Assembly (NCBI GenBank): GCA_040954595.2
Contig: CM082581.2
Coordinates: forward strand, 1,232,699-1,296,698
Direction: 5' to 3'
Source: Balanoglossus misakiensis
Lineage: Eukaryota > Animalia > Hemichordata
DNA: 64,000 bases
A program made the position numbers and the translations under genes. The notes beneath the pieces are model-generated. The model searched no databases, had not been told where the DNA came from, and saw only the letters and a program-made list of their open reading frames with translations. Shown piece by piece: positions 1 through 11,506 of this stretch. The first letter of the stretch is position 1; the number at the start of each line of letters is the position of its first letter.

Positions 1-202
1 AAAATATTGCCAAAATGAATAAACGGTAGAGACCAATTATTCATTTTGGCGAGTTTTTTCACTCTTGTGTCTACAAGTGGGATGGAAGTTGTTTGTGGTC
101 AAACGTTGTTTCAATATATATCCACATGTAGAATAACATAAACGCTGTATTGTATCATCATAATTCCTGGAAAAAGGGTAGCGAGAGAGAGTGTTTGTCC
201 CT
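1..202. mobile_element. Partial copy of TTAA-flanked fold-back MITE family (AGGGAC terminus; Kolobok-like)
   Basis: Ends ...GAGAGAG...TTTGTCCCT followed by TTAA (203-206); internal sequence matches 12580-12776. Confidence 0.7.
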
Positions 203-287
203 TTAAAACATTGTTCTCTTGCATCATGAATCCTTGATTGCCTCTTCATTCAAACAACGTCTTGATCAATTTGAATGCGTTACCTAC

Positions 288-489
288 CTGCCCAGTAATG
301 TACATGAAAACCTCTCATTGTAACTGCATCATCACTCTTAATGTCAACTCTCATCATACTTTTGGAAGATATGATGACATTGGGTAACTCCATCCCAGAA
401 AATAAAGCAAGTCTGAGGGCAGGATTCAGTTCAGCGCCATCGTATACAGACACTTGATCAGCCCCATCTTCTGTTGCAAAGGAGATAAA
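288..489 (-). CDS. Exon: second half of CUB domain 2 (FISFATEDGADQVSVYDG...FSG...IISSKSMMRVDIKSDDAVTMRGFHVHYWA)
   Basis: CUB motifs; donor G|GTAGGT. Same 202-nt length and phase as the paralogous exon 1695-1896, but the acceptor reads ttttcCG rather than AG. Confidence 0.85.
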
Positions 490-604
490 CGGAAAAGATA
501 TAAAAAATAGCATCAAAGACACTTTGCTCCCATTTGATATGTACATTTAAATGTGACATACCGTACAATCATAGTGATCACAATTTCCTACACAAAACCA
601 TTAA

Positions 605-880
605 GGGGCAAAGTCTCTCTCTCTCTCGCTGCCCCTTTTCCATTAATTATCGTTTGATTATCGTTTATGTTATTCTAGATGTGGATATATAGTGAATCAA
701 CATTCCATCCCGCTTCATTTTGGGCGAGATTTTTACTCTCATATCCTAAAAATGGGATGGAAGGTGTGTGTGGTCGAATGTTGATTCACTATATATCCTC
801 ATGTAGAATGACATAAACGGTGTCTTGTATCAAACATAATTAATGGGAAAAGGGCAGCGAGAGAGAGAGACTTCGTCCCT
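605..880. mobile_element. TTAA-flanked fold-back MITE (Kolobok-like)
   Basis: TTAA at 601-604 and ATAA at 881-884. Long imperfect inverted arms (GGGGCAAAGTCTCTCTC..CGCTGCCC / GGGCAGCGAGAGAGAGACTTCGTCCCT) cover most of the element. Confidence 0.75.
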
Positions 881-1249
881 ATAAGGACACCTTTAGCATT
901 GATGAGGTAATATAAGAATACATCTGATAAAGAATATTTTCACATCCCAATAAACCAAAATCCAAAACAACTGGAAGAGCCGTTTCTGACATAAGTGGAC
1001 TTTTGGACCAAAAATGTCTAAAACTACCCACCCCCCTCCTCCCCAGTATTGATATTTGTCACATGTTTATGTACACCATAATAACAAATATTGTAGGTCC
1101 TTGTAAACCAAATTTTAAGAAATCGGAAAAGTGACTACTGAGAATTGACCAGAAATGACAAAAATAAAATGTATTTTTAAAAATATAATTACTAATTTTT
1201 GTCATGCTGTAAAACAACTCACACGATTAATTGCATCTGAATCCACTAC

Positions 1250-1401
1250 CTGTAAAGTGACAACAAATTCTGTTGTGAATGATGCCAGCTGTCAGTTACA
1301 ATCTTCATTGTTGAGATAATTCTTGCCTTCAAAATATTCTGTACTGCTGAGATTCTGTTTATATGACTGTGCTATGAAATTCCCACCACACAAAGAATAC
1401 A
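1250..1401 (-). CDS. Exon: first half of CUB domain 2 with in-frame stop (V-YSLCGGNFIAQSYKQNLSSTEYFEGKNYLNNEDCN*QLASFTTEFVVTLQ)
   Basis: Acceptor ttctttcAG, donor CAG|GTAGTG, 152 nt, phase 1 to 0. CGG and Y-x-NN-x-DC motifs; TGA sits where the CUB Trp is expected. Confidence 0.8.
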
Positions 1402-1694
1402 CTGAAAGAAAGAAGAAGTCATCTTAACAGAAACACTTCACAAACAGGACATCAGCAAGATCACAGTCGAGGTAGGGCAAATATTGCCTACATGTGCAAT
1501 CTATAATGTTATACCAGGTTCACGTAGGGTAAAATTCGAAACGTTTCAGAGACACTATTTGCCTAAGGTAAACACAGAGCATTAATGCTTTTAGTTGCCT
1601 TGTGTCCACACATGCAAAGTTTATGTGTAGTTCGCGAAAATTTATCGTTTGCGAAAATTTCCAGTTTTACATTATGTATAAAACTTGGTATTAC

Positions 1695-1896
1695 CTGCTT
1701 GCCAAGATGCTTCAAAGCCAGTAGCAGTATGCGAACTATCTGAGAGAAATTTCACCAACATTGCATTACCACTGCTAATAACTTCATCAGGCTGGTCCGG
1801 TCCACTGTATGTGGCAAGAACTTTGGATGGGTCAAACACAGACACCTCGACAATGACAACAGTATCATGATAAAGTTCAGTGTCAAAATGTAGAAA
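1695..1896 (-). CDS. Exon: second half of CUB domain 1 (FLHFDTELYHDTVVI...LATYSG...VISSGNAMLVKFLSDSSHTATGFEASWQA)
   Basis: Acceptor ttcttttcAG, donor GTAATA, 202 nt, phase 0 to 1. F-x2-F-x-TE, D-x-V, F-x-SD and GF-x-A CUB motifs. Confidence 0.9.
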
Positions 1897-2261
1897 CTGA
1901 AAAGAATAAAAAATGTCACAACACACATCATAAATAGTGAGCTGTCTCAAGCCAATATACATGAAAATAAACACAGTTTCATGACTTAAGCCCCATTAGC
2001 TGTAACTTTTTGCATTTTTCAGTATTTCTATTCTGTGTATCAATTATAGTTTCTTGTTCAGCTACGCAGGGCAGAGTTAAATCCATAGTCTTAACTTCTC
2101 AACGAAACCTATGAGGGCACAATCGGCATTGTTGTTGTTTGAAAACATTCGTAAATAATAACAACAGTCAGTACACATACACATGACTCGTTGACAAGCA
2201 GAGAGCTGGGTGTGATGGGTTACTCATGAGGAGAGGAACAAGAAAAAGTGTTTAATTTAAA

Positions 2262-2917
2262 TAATAACACATGATAGCGAGGGCAATATCACGATTTGAA
2301 GCCTGCATGAGGGATGGTGATCTCTGACCATAATATTGATGATGCCCGAGCCGCAGGCGAGGGTATCATCAATATTTTGGTCAGAGATCACCAGCCCGAG
2401 GGCAGGCTTCAAATCGTGATGTTGCCCGAGCATAATGTGTTATTAATTTTATTACGCCGAACATTTGAACGTACATACACTGCAGCATGTAGCATGTAGA
2501 CCCGCGTCCATATGTCGTACGTTGCTGAGAATGTAAAATGTCTCGATCTCCCAAGAATTATACGGTACCTACTTCGAACTTAGATTATTTTGAAAATACT
2601 GCGCTGTTGGTTGCGATTTTGGTGTATTTACTGCCCGTTTGCAGTAAAATATCATCCAGTAGAACAGGTGTTAAGCCTGTGTGTCGCTTTGAAGCCATAT
2701 AGATGCGGGAGTTGACTGATCGTGAAGGAAGCCATTGAACGACAGTTTGGAACGCGCAGAAGTCGTGCCCAGAACACCAAAACAACCAAGTGGGCAATAT
2801 CAGCGCACGCGACAGGGCTTTATCAACTCTAGCCATGTTATATCACTTTTTTTTCTATATCACGTGAGCGCGTCTCAGCCAATCACGAAAACGGTATAAT
2901 ACGTGAGGTGTAATAAA
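2262..2917 (+). mobile_element. Non-autonomous element with long 5' hairpin (Crypton-like, tentative)
   Basis: ~85-90-bp inverted arms (about 2264-2347 / 2361-2444) around loop GAGCCGCAGGCGA; TAATAA at both inferred ends. Family and right boundary are inferred. Confidence 0.5.
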
Positions 2918-3173
2918 CACAAAACAAAATTACTGATAAACTAGCCTGAAGTTATAGATAATGGCCCTTTAATTCAAAAGTTTACCAAAAATCATGTTTG
3001 TTATAAGGAAGAAAAAAATCAAATTATTTTTTTTTTAGTTGAAATGAATTTAAATCTAATACATGTGTCTGTTTTTTTTTTTAAAGTGTTTGTATGTCGA
3101 ATGGACGGGAAAAGGTGTTTTGTATAGGCAGGTTTCCAGATTAGACAGAGTTAGTGGTTTATGCAAGTTTTAC

Positions 3174-3221
3174 TGTAAAAAATAACTGGTTTTGGAATTT
3201 GACAGTTTACAAGTGAGCACT
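3174..3221. repeat. 48-bp inverted copy of 6550-6597
   Basis: Reverse complement AGTGCTCACTTGTAAACTGTCAAATTCCAAAACCAGTTATTTTTTACA matches 6550-6597 with one mismatch. Confidence 0.9.
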
Positions 3222-3346
3222 TATTCTGGATGTTGCAGGTCCCTGGATTGTCCAAATACATTCTTGTAGAATGTAATAATTATCATCTGGGTATCCAGTG
3301 CTGTGAAAGGTCCCCGATTCACCAGTTTCCAAACCACCACATGTTC
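3213..3346 (-). CDS. Exon: first half of CUB domain 1 (G-TCGGLETGESGTFHSTGYPDDNYYILQECIWTIQGPATSRI...)
   Basis: Acceptor gatattcAG at 3347-3348; CGG, S-x-GYP and C-x-W-x-I CUB motifs. The 3' boundary is uncertain: no phase-0 GT precedes the in-frame TAA at 3207-3209. Confidence 0.8.
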
Positions 3347-3659
3347 CTGAATATCATTAAAATAAAAAGAAAGAGTATGTTTGTGTGATGAATGGTCATA
3401 AAGATTCAGCTCATCAAGTTGACGAAATTTCATTGATGATAAAATTACTTCACCAACAGTGAGTATCCAATGTACATGTATAAAACAATGTTTGTATTAG
3501 TATAAATCAAATGTAAAAATTTTGAAACGACATTTATCACACCCGAAAATTCCAAGAACCGCATATTATGATTCTCTAAGCTCAAACTATCAGTGTGACA
3601 GATGCCAGATTCTTAAAATACTTGGCCCAGTTTTGTTTCTGATTTATATTTATGACATA

Positions 3660-3850
3660 CTGTAAAACAGGAAATTTTTCATGATATCAAAAGTGGCAAC
3701 TGTTATGCGATGATTGATTTTCGCATTCTCATATTTCACGGCATTGCTATCTTCGAAAAACATTTTGACACAACTTGTTTATTTTCGCGTTTTTTTGGCT
3801 CTCGCATAGTTCGCAAAAATGTATCGCTCGCGAAAATTTCCTGTTTACAG
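3660..3850. mobile_element. TA-flanked MITE (Tc1/mariner-type target), ~190 bp
   Basis: TA at 3658-3659 and 3851-3852; TIR CTGTAAAACAGGAAATTTT / AAAATTTCCTGTTTACAG. A related right-end fragment lies at ~1628-1673. Confidence 0.75.
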
Positions 3851-5292
3851 TACAAAATTCTTTGAGGATCAGACTTTCTGCTGACAGTTCAAAAGTAGTC
3901 TTTAGTTGCAAAGGAGATGATCATACAATTAAACCACGATCGTGACGTCACACTATTCAATAGACAAGTCATTCACTGAGAGAACCTCCGTCTCACACAA
4001 AACCACAGGTTTAAAACCAAGTCCCGGGTAGTTCTAGAACTACCTCCGGGGGTTCTAGAACTACCGCAGGACTCAGTCTCACCTGTCGTAACAAAAATAC
4101 AAATACACAATGCTTTATTTGCATAATTACATTTACTTCTATACCTGTATTCAAAGTACATTTCATTTGAATAGAGTAATTGTTATGTTAATTGAAAGCG
4201 AACTGGATATGCGACAGTCTCCGGATCATTTCATTCAATGCTTCACATTCACAGTTTTGTCTACTGACGTACAAAGCTAATGTCTTGGTGGCTCTCGAGA
4301 GTCTTCATAACATGATAATAAAAGTATAAAATAGACAAAAATCAATTCACCAGAAACAAACTAACGTTGCAATAAATTAACTACAAATTTCTAGAAAATT
4401 ATACTAAATCACATTATCCCCAGATTTGCTTGCATTACTCTAACCAGATGCTTCACTTCGATTTTGCTTCACTACCGACATGTAACAAGGTTGGCTGTTT
4501 TAGGCCTAAAACCCGCGTACCTTGCAAAATTCTGCTTACTTTTTGTTGCTGTTCACCAGACGTGGGTTTGTAATGTCGGACGGATTCACTTCGGTATCAA
4601 GTCTTTTCGCAGATGAGTTACTCACCAATATCGCTACCATACAGACGTGTTGCCGCTGTGGCTCGTAGAGAGTGGTTCGTTCAAAAGCCAGGGAGGCCAA
4701 TACACAGACGGGCAGTAGTACCATGTAGAGCATTGTTACCCGGTTTTTGCTTTACCAACATGTAGCCGCTTGTTTTCGCAGATGATATAGATCGGAACTA
4801 CATGTATCTTCAGATCGATTTCATGGACATTTGAAGGAAAATAAAAAAAAAACGTGACACTTACATGTAGGCCTTCTGCATTTGGCCTAGAAAATTTTCG
4901 CGTAAGCTTACCATGTGCACGCAAAACCCCAATAGCTGTAACGCTTCCCATAATACACTACGTAACACACCTGTAAAGTTTAATTTGATGCAAATTAGTG
5001 TTTGAAATTAGCATATCACTCTGACACGTAAGCATGAACATTTAGAGTAACACCTGTCAAGCGTGGGCGATCTTGTAAGGCCCAGCAGGGCGGTCTAGAA
5101 CTACCTGCCCACGACATGATTCATTTATAGGAAAAGGGGTGGCCAACCAAATTTCACAGTCAGCAATGAAGAATAAGCCTCTTTTGATAAGCTTTTGTTC
5201 GTTCATTTTATTGAATCGTTGAGTAAAACGACGTCTTTGTGGTACACGAAGCTCCAATGGTGACAATGTCTGTGGGGGGTCGTGGTTTAAGT

Positions 5293-5397
5293 TAGAGAAC
5301 CACCTCCCCCTCAGTGGTTCTTGGTTTCCAATCGCCTCGGGCATGCGGCCCTCGGCAATTCGAAACCAAGAACCACCTCGGGGTCGGTGGTTCTCTA
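5293..5397 (-). mobile_element. Hairpin terminus of a second long-hairpin (Crypton-like, tentative) element
   Basis: Inverted arms TAGAGAACCACC..GTGGTTCTTGGTTTC / GAAACCAAGAACCAC..GGTGGTTCTCTA around CCTCGGGCATGCGGCCCTCGG, the same loop style as at 2345-2363. Confidence 0.5.
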
Positions 5398-5605
5398 TTA
5401 CATAAATAGTCTAAAAGAAATTGTTAAGTAAACATAACCATACAATTAATGAGTGGAATTATCTAGCGACAACTGGCCTCAATTTTGAATTTCAAATATA
5501 ACACCATTCTGCACCCAAGGAGACATCACATGATCTGATCCCCCTTGTTTAACTTTTAGTGGTGAGCTCTTCCAAGTATATCTTGTATTGCTTAGGGGAC
5601 TCTAA

Positions 5606-5900
5606 CTCTCTCTCCTTCCCTCCCTTCCACCCCCTCCCCCTCCCTCTCTAGCTCTCTCCCTCCCCTCTCCCGCCCCTCTCCCTCCCCTCTCCCGCCCCTC
5701 TCCCTCCCTCCCACCCCTCTCTAGCTCTCTCTCCCTCCCTACCCCCCTCTACCCCTCCCTCTCCCTCTAGTTCTCTCTCCCCCTCTCCCTCACTACCACC
5801 CTCCCTCCCTCCCTCCCTGTCACTCTCCAGCTCTCTCTCCCTCCCCTCTCACTCTCCCCTCCCAGCCTCTCCCTCCCGCTCTTTTGCACACACTCTCTCT
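5606..5900. repeat. Polypyrimidine (C/T-rich) low-complexity tract
   Basis: Nearly pure CCCT/CTCT with recurring CTCTAGCTCTCT units. Confidence 0.9.
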
Positions 5901-5995
5901 TAGTATATATATTGGGAGGTGACTACAGCAGTGCGAGAAAAGTAAAGACCTGATGCGAGTAAGGGAAGATTCTAGCTGATTTGAATCAGACTTAC

Positions 5996-6211
5996 CTTCA
6001 GCACAAGCTGCTACTTCACACATTGACAGACTGACATCATCACATCTTGCATGATACAATGGGTAATTATTTTCAAAGAGGTTTAACCTCACACATTGCC
6101 CAGTGGAGGCATCAGGTTCTGTGTCTGCCCATCGACCATCAAAGACACTACCTTTCCTGCCATCTGAATAATCATATTCCACACTGCCATCTCGATTGGG
6201 TCCACTAAATC
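5996..6211 (-). CDS. Exon: C-type lectin domain C-part (G-FSGPNRDG...RWADTEPDASTGQCVRL...RCDDVSLSMCEVAACAE-G)
   Basis: Acceptor attttatAG, donor GTAAGT, 216 nt, phase 1 to 1. W-x3-EPD, CV and C-x7-CE lectin motifs; overlaps ORF 5820..6182. Confidence 0.88.
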
Positions 6212-6657
6212 CTATAAAATGGAAATAAAGAAAGAAGATGCATACAGCAGTGTTTCATCCAGGATGGGGGGGGGGGGGGATATGTCCCCCTTTGCTTGAA
6301 TAGTTGCACTCTTGCAAGGAGGGGAATGAGTGACATCGCTGAGTCTGTAAGGGGCACCATTTCCCCCTTGACAAATTTCTAGGGGGGTGCCAACATGCTG
6401 ACAGTGGGCGAATTCCCTCATCCCTCCATCTGGATGAAAAACTGCATACAGAGTCACTTAATAGCAAGATTTTGTGAGGTTATTGTGATGTAAAAAATAG
6501 GCTTTTCAATTACCATCTTGAGACAATTATCATTCAAGTGTTACTATGCAGTGCTTACTTGTAAACTGTCAAATTCCAAAACCAGTTATTTTTTACACTT
6601 GATACACCCACAAATTATTTGGGAACACTGACAAACACTGTTAAAAGACACACTCAC

Positions 6658-6776
6658 CAATCCAACCATGGTTCGCTGTTTCATTGGAAGTCTCTTCAAT
6701 CTGGTTTACAATCTCTGCTCCAGCATAACGATTTTCAGAATAACCCTCAATTACTGTCAAGTGCCCACCATAAAAT
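6658..6776 (-). CDS. Exon: C-type lectin domain middle (FYGGHLTVIEGYSENRYAGAEIVNQIEETSNETANHGWI-G)
   Basis: Acceptor ttattttcAG, donor GTGAGT, 119 nt, phase 2 to 1. GGHL, EN and WIG motifs. Confidence 0.88.
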
Positions 6777-7511
6777 CTGAAAATAAACCAATTTATAACA
6801 CATCAAACATGTTCCAAACTAATTTCGAAATTCCAGTCCGTGAATAATACATTTCCTCTTTGAAAACATTTAATATTGGTGAATAAGAGGTTCATAAATG
6901 TATAACATTAGATTTTTGTTTGTAAAGTCTATATTTTGTGTTACACCTTTCCAATAAGTGTGTGATTAGTGTAGATTTCGGCAGAATTTCTGGGAAAAAA
7001 GAATCTGTGAAAAATTCACCTGAATTTTGGGGAGAAAAAAAATTGCTGAACGTTTCCTTTGAATAAAAAAGTTCAGCTTATTTCTTTTAGAGAAAACATG
7101 ACAATTTCCAGGAAATGGCTGTTGTTGTTTTTTTTTTGGTGTGAATAAACTTAAAAGACAAATTCTGATACAGTTGCATCAAGGTGATGGAAGAAAATCC
7201 CAGATTAACAGGATATTTGGAGAATTTATCCAGAATTTCAAAATTAGTTCGAAATGTGACATTGTGTTATCAATGATCTGTGTTGAGCAGTCGAACGATG
7301 AACGGGTAGTTGACAATTCCCACGAGCACACCCGTATCTTTCCTCGGTAGTTGCGCCGGGCCGGTCGGCAATGTAACAGAAAAAGTGGTACGATATGCCA
7401 GCTGAGCCGTCGCTAGTCTACAATTCCGAGTCTACAAGGCCGTCTCTAACTAAAAATTATAATAACTATCGAGGTACGTGACAATTATATCAGCGAATGT
7501 GGGGCTGGGGG

Positions 7512-7827
7512 TTGCTGCAGTTTGCAGCCCCTCCATCTCCCCTGGACGATTTTTGTTTTTGCGGGGCTGCAGGTCCCAGCTATTCTAAACCGCACAACGA
7601 GCGACCGGGATTTGGGCCCGGAGCGAATTTCTACACTCCAGACGTCTCCAGTCCACAATTTTCCACAATTTTTTCGCCAAATCGGTCCCGGAACCCATAC
7701 AGCGCTTACCTGGCAAAGGATGTCGCGGTATTTGTCGATTTTGCCTACGTTTTCCCCAGTTATTCAACTTCAATCGGCAAAACCAAAACTCGTTCAGGGG
7801 AGATGGAGGGGCTGCAAACTGCAGCAA
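7512..7827. repeat. ~50-bp inverted repeat pair (probable MITE remnant)
   Basis: TTGCTGCAGTTTGCAGCCCCTCCATCTCCCCTG.. (7512-7562) is the reverse complement of ..CAGGGGAGATGGAGGGGCTGCAAACTGCAGCAA (7778-7827). No clear TSD. Confidence 0.7.
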
Positions 7828-10800
7828 GGGCTGGGGGCTGCAGGCAGAATATATGACCAAAGGATACGCGTGAAAAAAAGACAATTACCTACTTTGCTAC
7901 CGTGGGTCTTTGACTAATTAAAACATGATAACGTGCATCAAAGCCAGCCGAGGCTTCAGGGGCATAGTATTCCTGAGTTTATACGCGAAGAAACCAAGAA
8001 ATATTCATGAGTATGTAGACGGAACTTGTCTTTTAGCTCAAATTTGACCTGGCTTGAGGTCACTGTGACAGCGCAGCCAGCGGTAGAATTGGGGTAGGCA
8101 TGAAGAACATATCTACTACAAAAACTGGTGAGGGCGGGGGGGGGTGGTGGCTTTTCAGTTTAGTCACGGTCCTTGGTTTTGGCCTTCGGCTTCACTAGAA
8201 AAAACCAAAAAACCACAATGCCGAAGGCCAACTCGTCGAAGCACCTGGTACGTCTATGGCAGAAGTCAGTATTTACATGTTCTGACTCGGTACACGCCAT
8301 GCACTTGCCAAGAGATTCCACGAGGAATACCATGATGATGAACGGCTCGGGCGTCTTCGTGTGCACGAAGACACGATACTAGACTTCATTGACCCTGTCT
8401 CATTCTTTTCTTTTCATGCGCATAAGGACATGAAAAGTCGACCTAACCTTTTGTTTTATCACTTACTGTGGTTTTATAGGGATGCTGTGAGTGAAAAAGT
8501 GGCACATTCGGGTTGTTGCCTTATACTTAATTTCTCCATTTCTATTGGAGCAGGCTACACCGGGCCCAGGGTCGAACTTAAACCAATTTGCAGCCGTGAT
8601 GGTCGAACAATGTCCGACAAACTTTAGGCACGTCAAGCTTATGCCTTCCTGGGTCGCCCGACAAGAATGAACTTCTATTTTAACGATAGGGCCTATTCCA
8701 ATCGATACCCGCCGTATCAGTCACGCAATAATGAACACGAAATCCAGATCCCCCAGAATGATGTTTCACTAGACTCGGGGAGAGTGCTGTTTAGTACCAA
8801 CAGGCAATTAAAGGTATACGGTCACCTATGGAAAATTAGCTATAGTTACCATGGCAAATTGAGATGTAGCCAATCACAGATTTTTAGTGGGTGGCACACG
8901 CGAAAAAAGAGCGCCGCCATATGTTCTCATCTCAGCCATATATGGTCCTATGTAACCACCTCATGTCATTTACAGAATTGGAACACCCTAAAGAATGTCA
9001 TGCAGACAATGTCACGTGTTGTTCCATGACCAACCAAACAACAAACTCATGTCCAAATCAATTAAATTCCAAAGAATGCTCCAAATATGCAGAATTGCCA
9101 CGCAAGTCGAGCATACTTAAGCACTCTGCACAACTGAAACATAAAATCCAAGCTTTTAACAATACAACAATAAACAATCCATTCTGATCGAATTAATGAC
9201 CAAATAAAACGAAAAACACAACTCGACCCACAAAAAGTATACGAAGCGCTTTTAATCGCTCATTAATGTTTGATCTCGAGGAGACGTGTTAAAAAATCCG
9301 CTATGAAAAGCAGGGGAGAACAATAGCCTATTTTTACCAGGTAAACAAACACCAGGTAAAAATCCACCCATGCTTCCAGACCGCTCTAGGATAGTGATCC
9401 ACCCAATGAAACTGTATCTCTTTAACTTTAATTTGCAAACTCGTGGAATTGATCATTTTATAAATCGCTCCATTTTGACGTTTTCTCTGTGGTTTGTTAA
9501 TACAAATTTTGTCTGTGCCAAATCTGTCCTCTAATACTGTCACTTGTATTAGAGTTCAAATAACACAGAAGTATAATACAACGTTTTGAAAAAGACAGAC
9601 ATTTTTCGTGGGAACGGTGATATACTTAGGCCACACTCGAGCTAAAAACAAAAGTCTATATTTTATCAAAAATGCCTTGGACGCACAAACATCTACAGGA
9701 TGTGGAAGGGGCGGGTCAAAACCGCGATCTACAACTGTGCCTCCCCCCCCCCCCCGGGCTGTCTTGCTTCTATTTGGAGTGTCAATGTGTGATTTAGCGT
9801 TGTTTGCGGCAGATACTAAGCTTTGTTCTTGTTTCACTCCATTTGCTGCATTGTGCTGTGCTCTGGTATTTCTCCAGGGTCTACGGTTACACTATAGGCT
9901 GATTAGTCGTATCTTTACTACACAGACAAAAAACTTCGAAGCTTTATGTCTGTGCCTTTTATGAACAAGCATCGTCCGATTCGAATTCGACTCGTCATCG
10001 GTAGCTATGTTTATTTCGCCCTTGGAGACCTCCCCTGGCCTCGTTAGGATGACTGTTACCAGGACTACCTTAAACCAATCTTTTCGAACCGGACGGTACA
10101 CACGACATGTCTATGTTAATTGTCCAGGTACCAGAGTGTACGTGTGGGCTCCCTAAACCCCTCATTGGCGGCCGGTCCCTGTCCGAATAAACACGTTTGA
10201 CAGACAAAAAATGATGAACAAGTGGCTTACTTCAATACTTCGTTAACTAGACGGCTGAACTCTGAATGTTGATTCAGCAAAAAAAATGTGTTTACGGCAA
10301 GGTTTTGATCAATACGACACATTTACCATTGAAAACGCCCAAAGTAAGTGGGGGCGTTTGACCATCAATCAAACCCACGCCCAGGTGCATGTGAACGGCC
10401 GAAGCAGTGTAACGTTTCACATTCCGTGCAACGTCCGACACTGTGTGAAAGCGGTTGCTGTCGGGTGGCTTGACCTAATTTTCGTACATTGATATGCATT
10501 TGACACCTCACTACCTGTTTTCTTAATATTGCTAAAACTTTGCGTTGAAATATCACTGAAATGTTGATGATCCACGCACAAGTCGTCTACCCCGGCATGA
10601 AAAGCTTTTATACAAGAAAACTAATTGCACATGACCACCAAGGTCATACCGCAAGGTGTGTCTAAATGTCAAGGAAGGACATTGGGAGGGGGGACTTGGG
10701 TCGAGAACGACCATGACGGAGGAAAAACCGACAAGTCATTGTGTAACCTGTTTACTTGCCAATAGTCAAACGTCAAAATTTACTCTCAACTTGGTTGCAG

Positions 10801-11506
10801 ATCGAGTCTCCCGAATTTCCAACTTTTATGATTGGGTAAATACCGATATGCGACTGGTATGCGACGCGTTGACGACGCGAAGATTTTGTTGAAATCAAAT
10901 GGTTTGTCAAATGTCATCTCACAGTGGAGATACCGTGGTCATCTGACATGAAAGGGTTCGATTGGGTCTGACCGCCGTCGTTCATCCATGCTTAGAAAGC
11001 GGCGATCATGGTACAATGTAAAACCAAGGTCAAACCTTACTGAACACATGTATTGCATGGAGAAACTTTTCTCCCTGTCTGTGTACTGAACACGTACCGT
11101 GATTGCCATAGTTACAAACGTTACCACGTGAGAGAGAGTGCATTTTACATCTGTCTTTTCAATTTTGTTGCTTTCTTACTATTCGGAATGATGGAGTCGA
11201 AACGAAAACTTTTTGCTTCAGGTGGACCTAGGGGAAATACCTTATTTGTGACTTTTTTCATGACCCTAAAAAGACGTCGGAATTAATGTGGCTGAGGTCA
11301 CTCAGGACGACGGAATGGTTGAGCGATTTTATTTTATGAGCTCCCACTAGTATTTGTTTTATTGTTTCGGCAGTGTGTCGCGTTATTCGAGCAATCTGCA
11401 GTCTGAAAACGAACGGTTTTCAAAGTTTATAACAGAAGAACAGGGGTTTAAGCATGAAAGGTCCTGTTGTCTCCCTCGCTGTGTTTGTGTCACTGTGTCT
11501 TTGACG

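Noticed and set aside
5606-5900. Functional G-quadruplex or H-DNA element
   Set aside because: Sequence is compatible with such structures, but low-complexity intronic tracts are common and nothing indicates function.
8808-9425. Possible further TTAA MITE (TTAA-AGGTATACGGTCACC ... GAAACTGTATCTCT-TTAA)
   Set aside because: The inverted ends match too poorly to support by eye.
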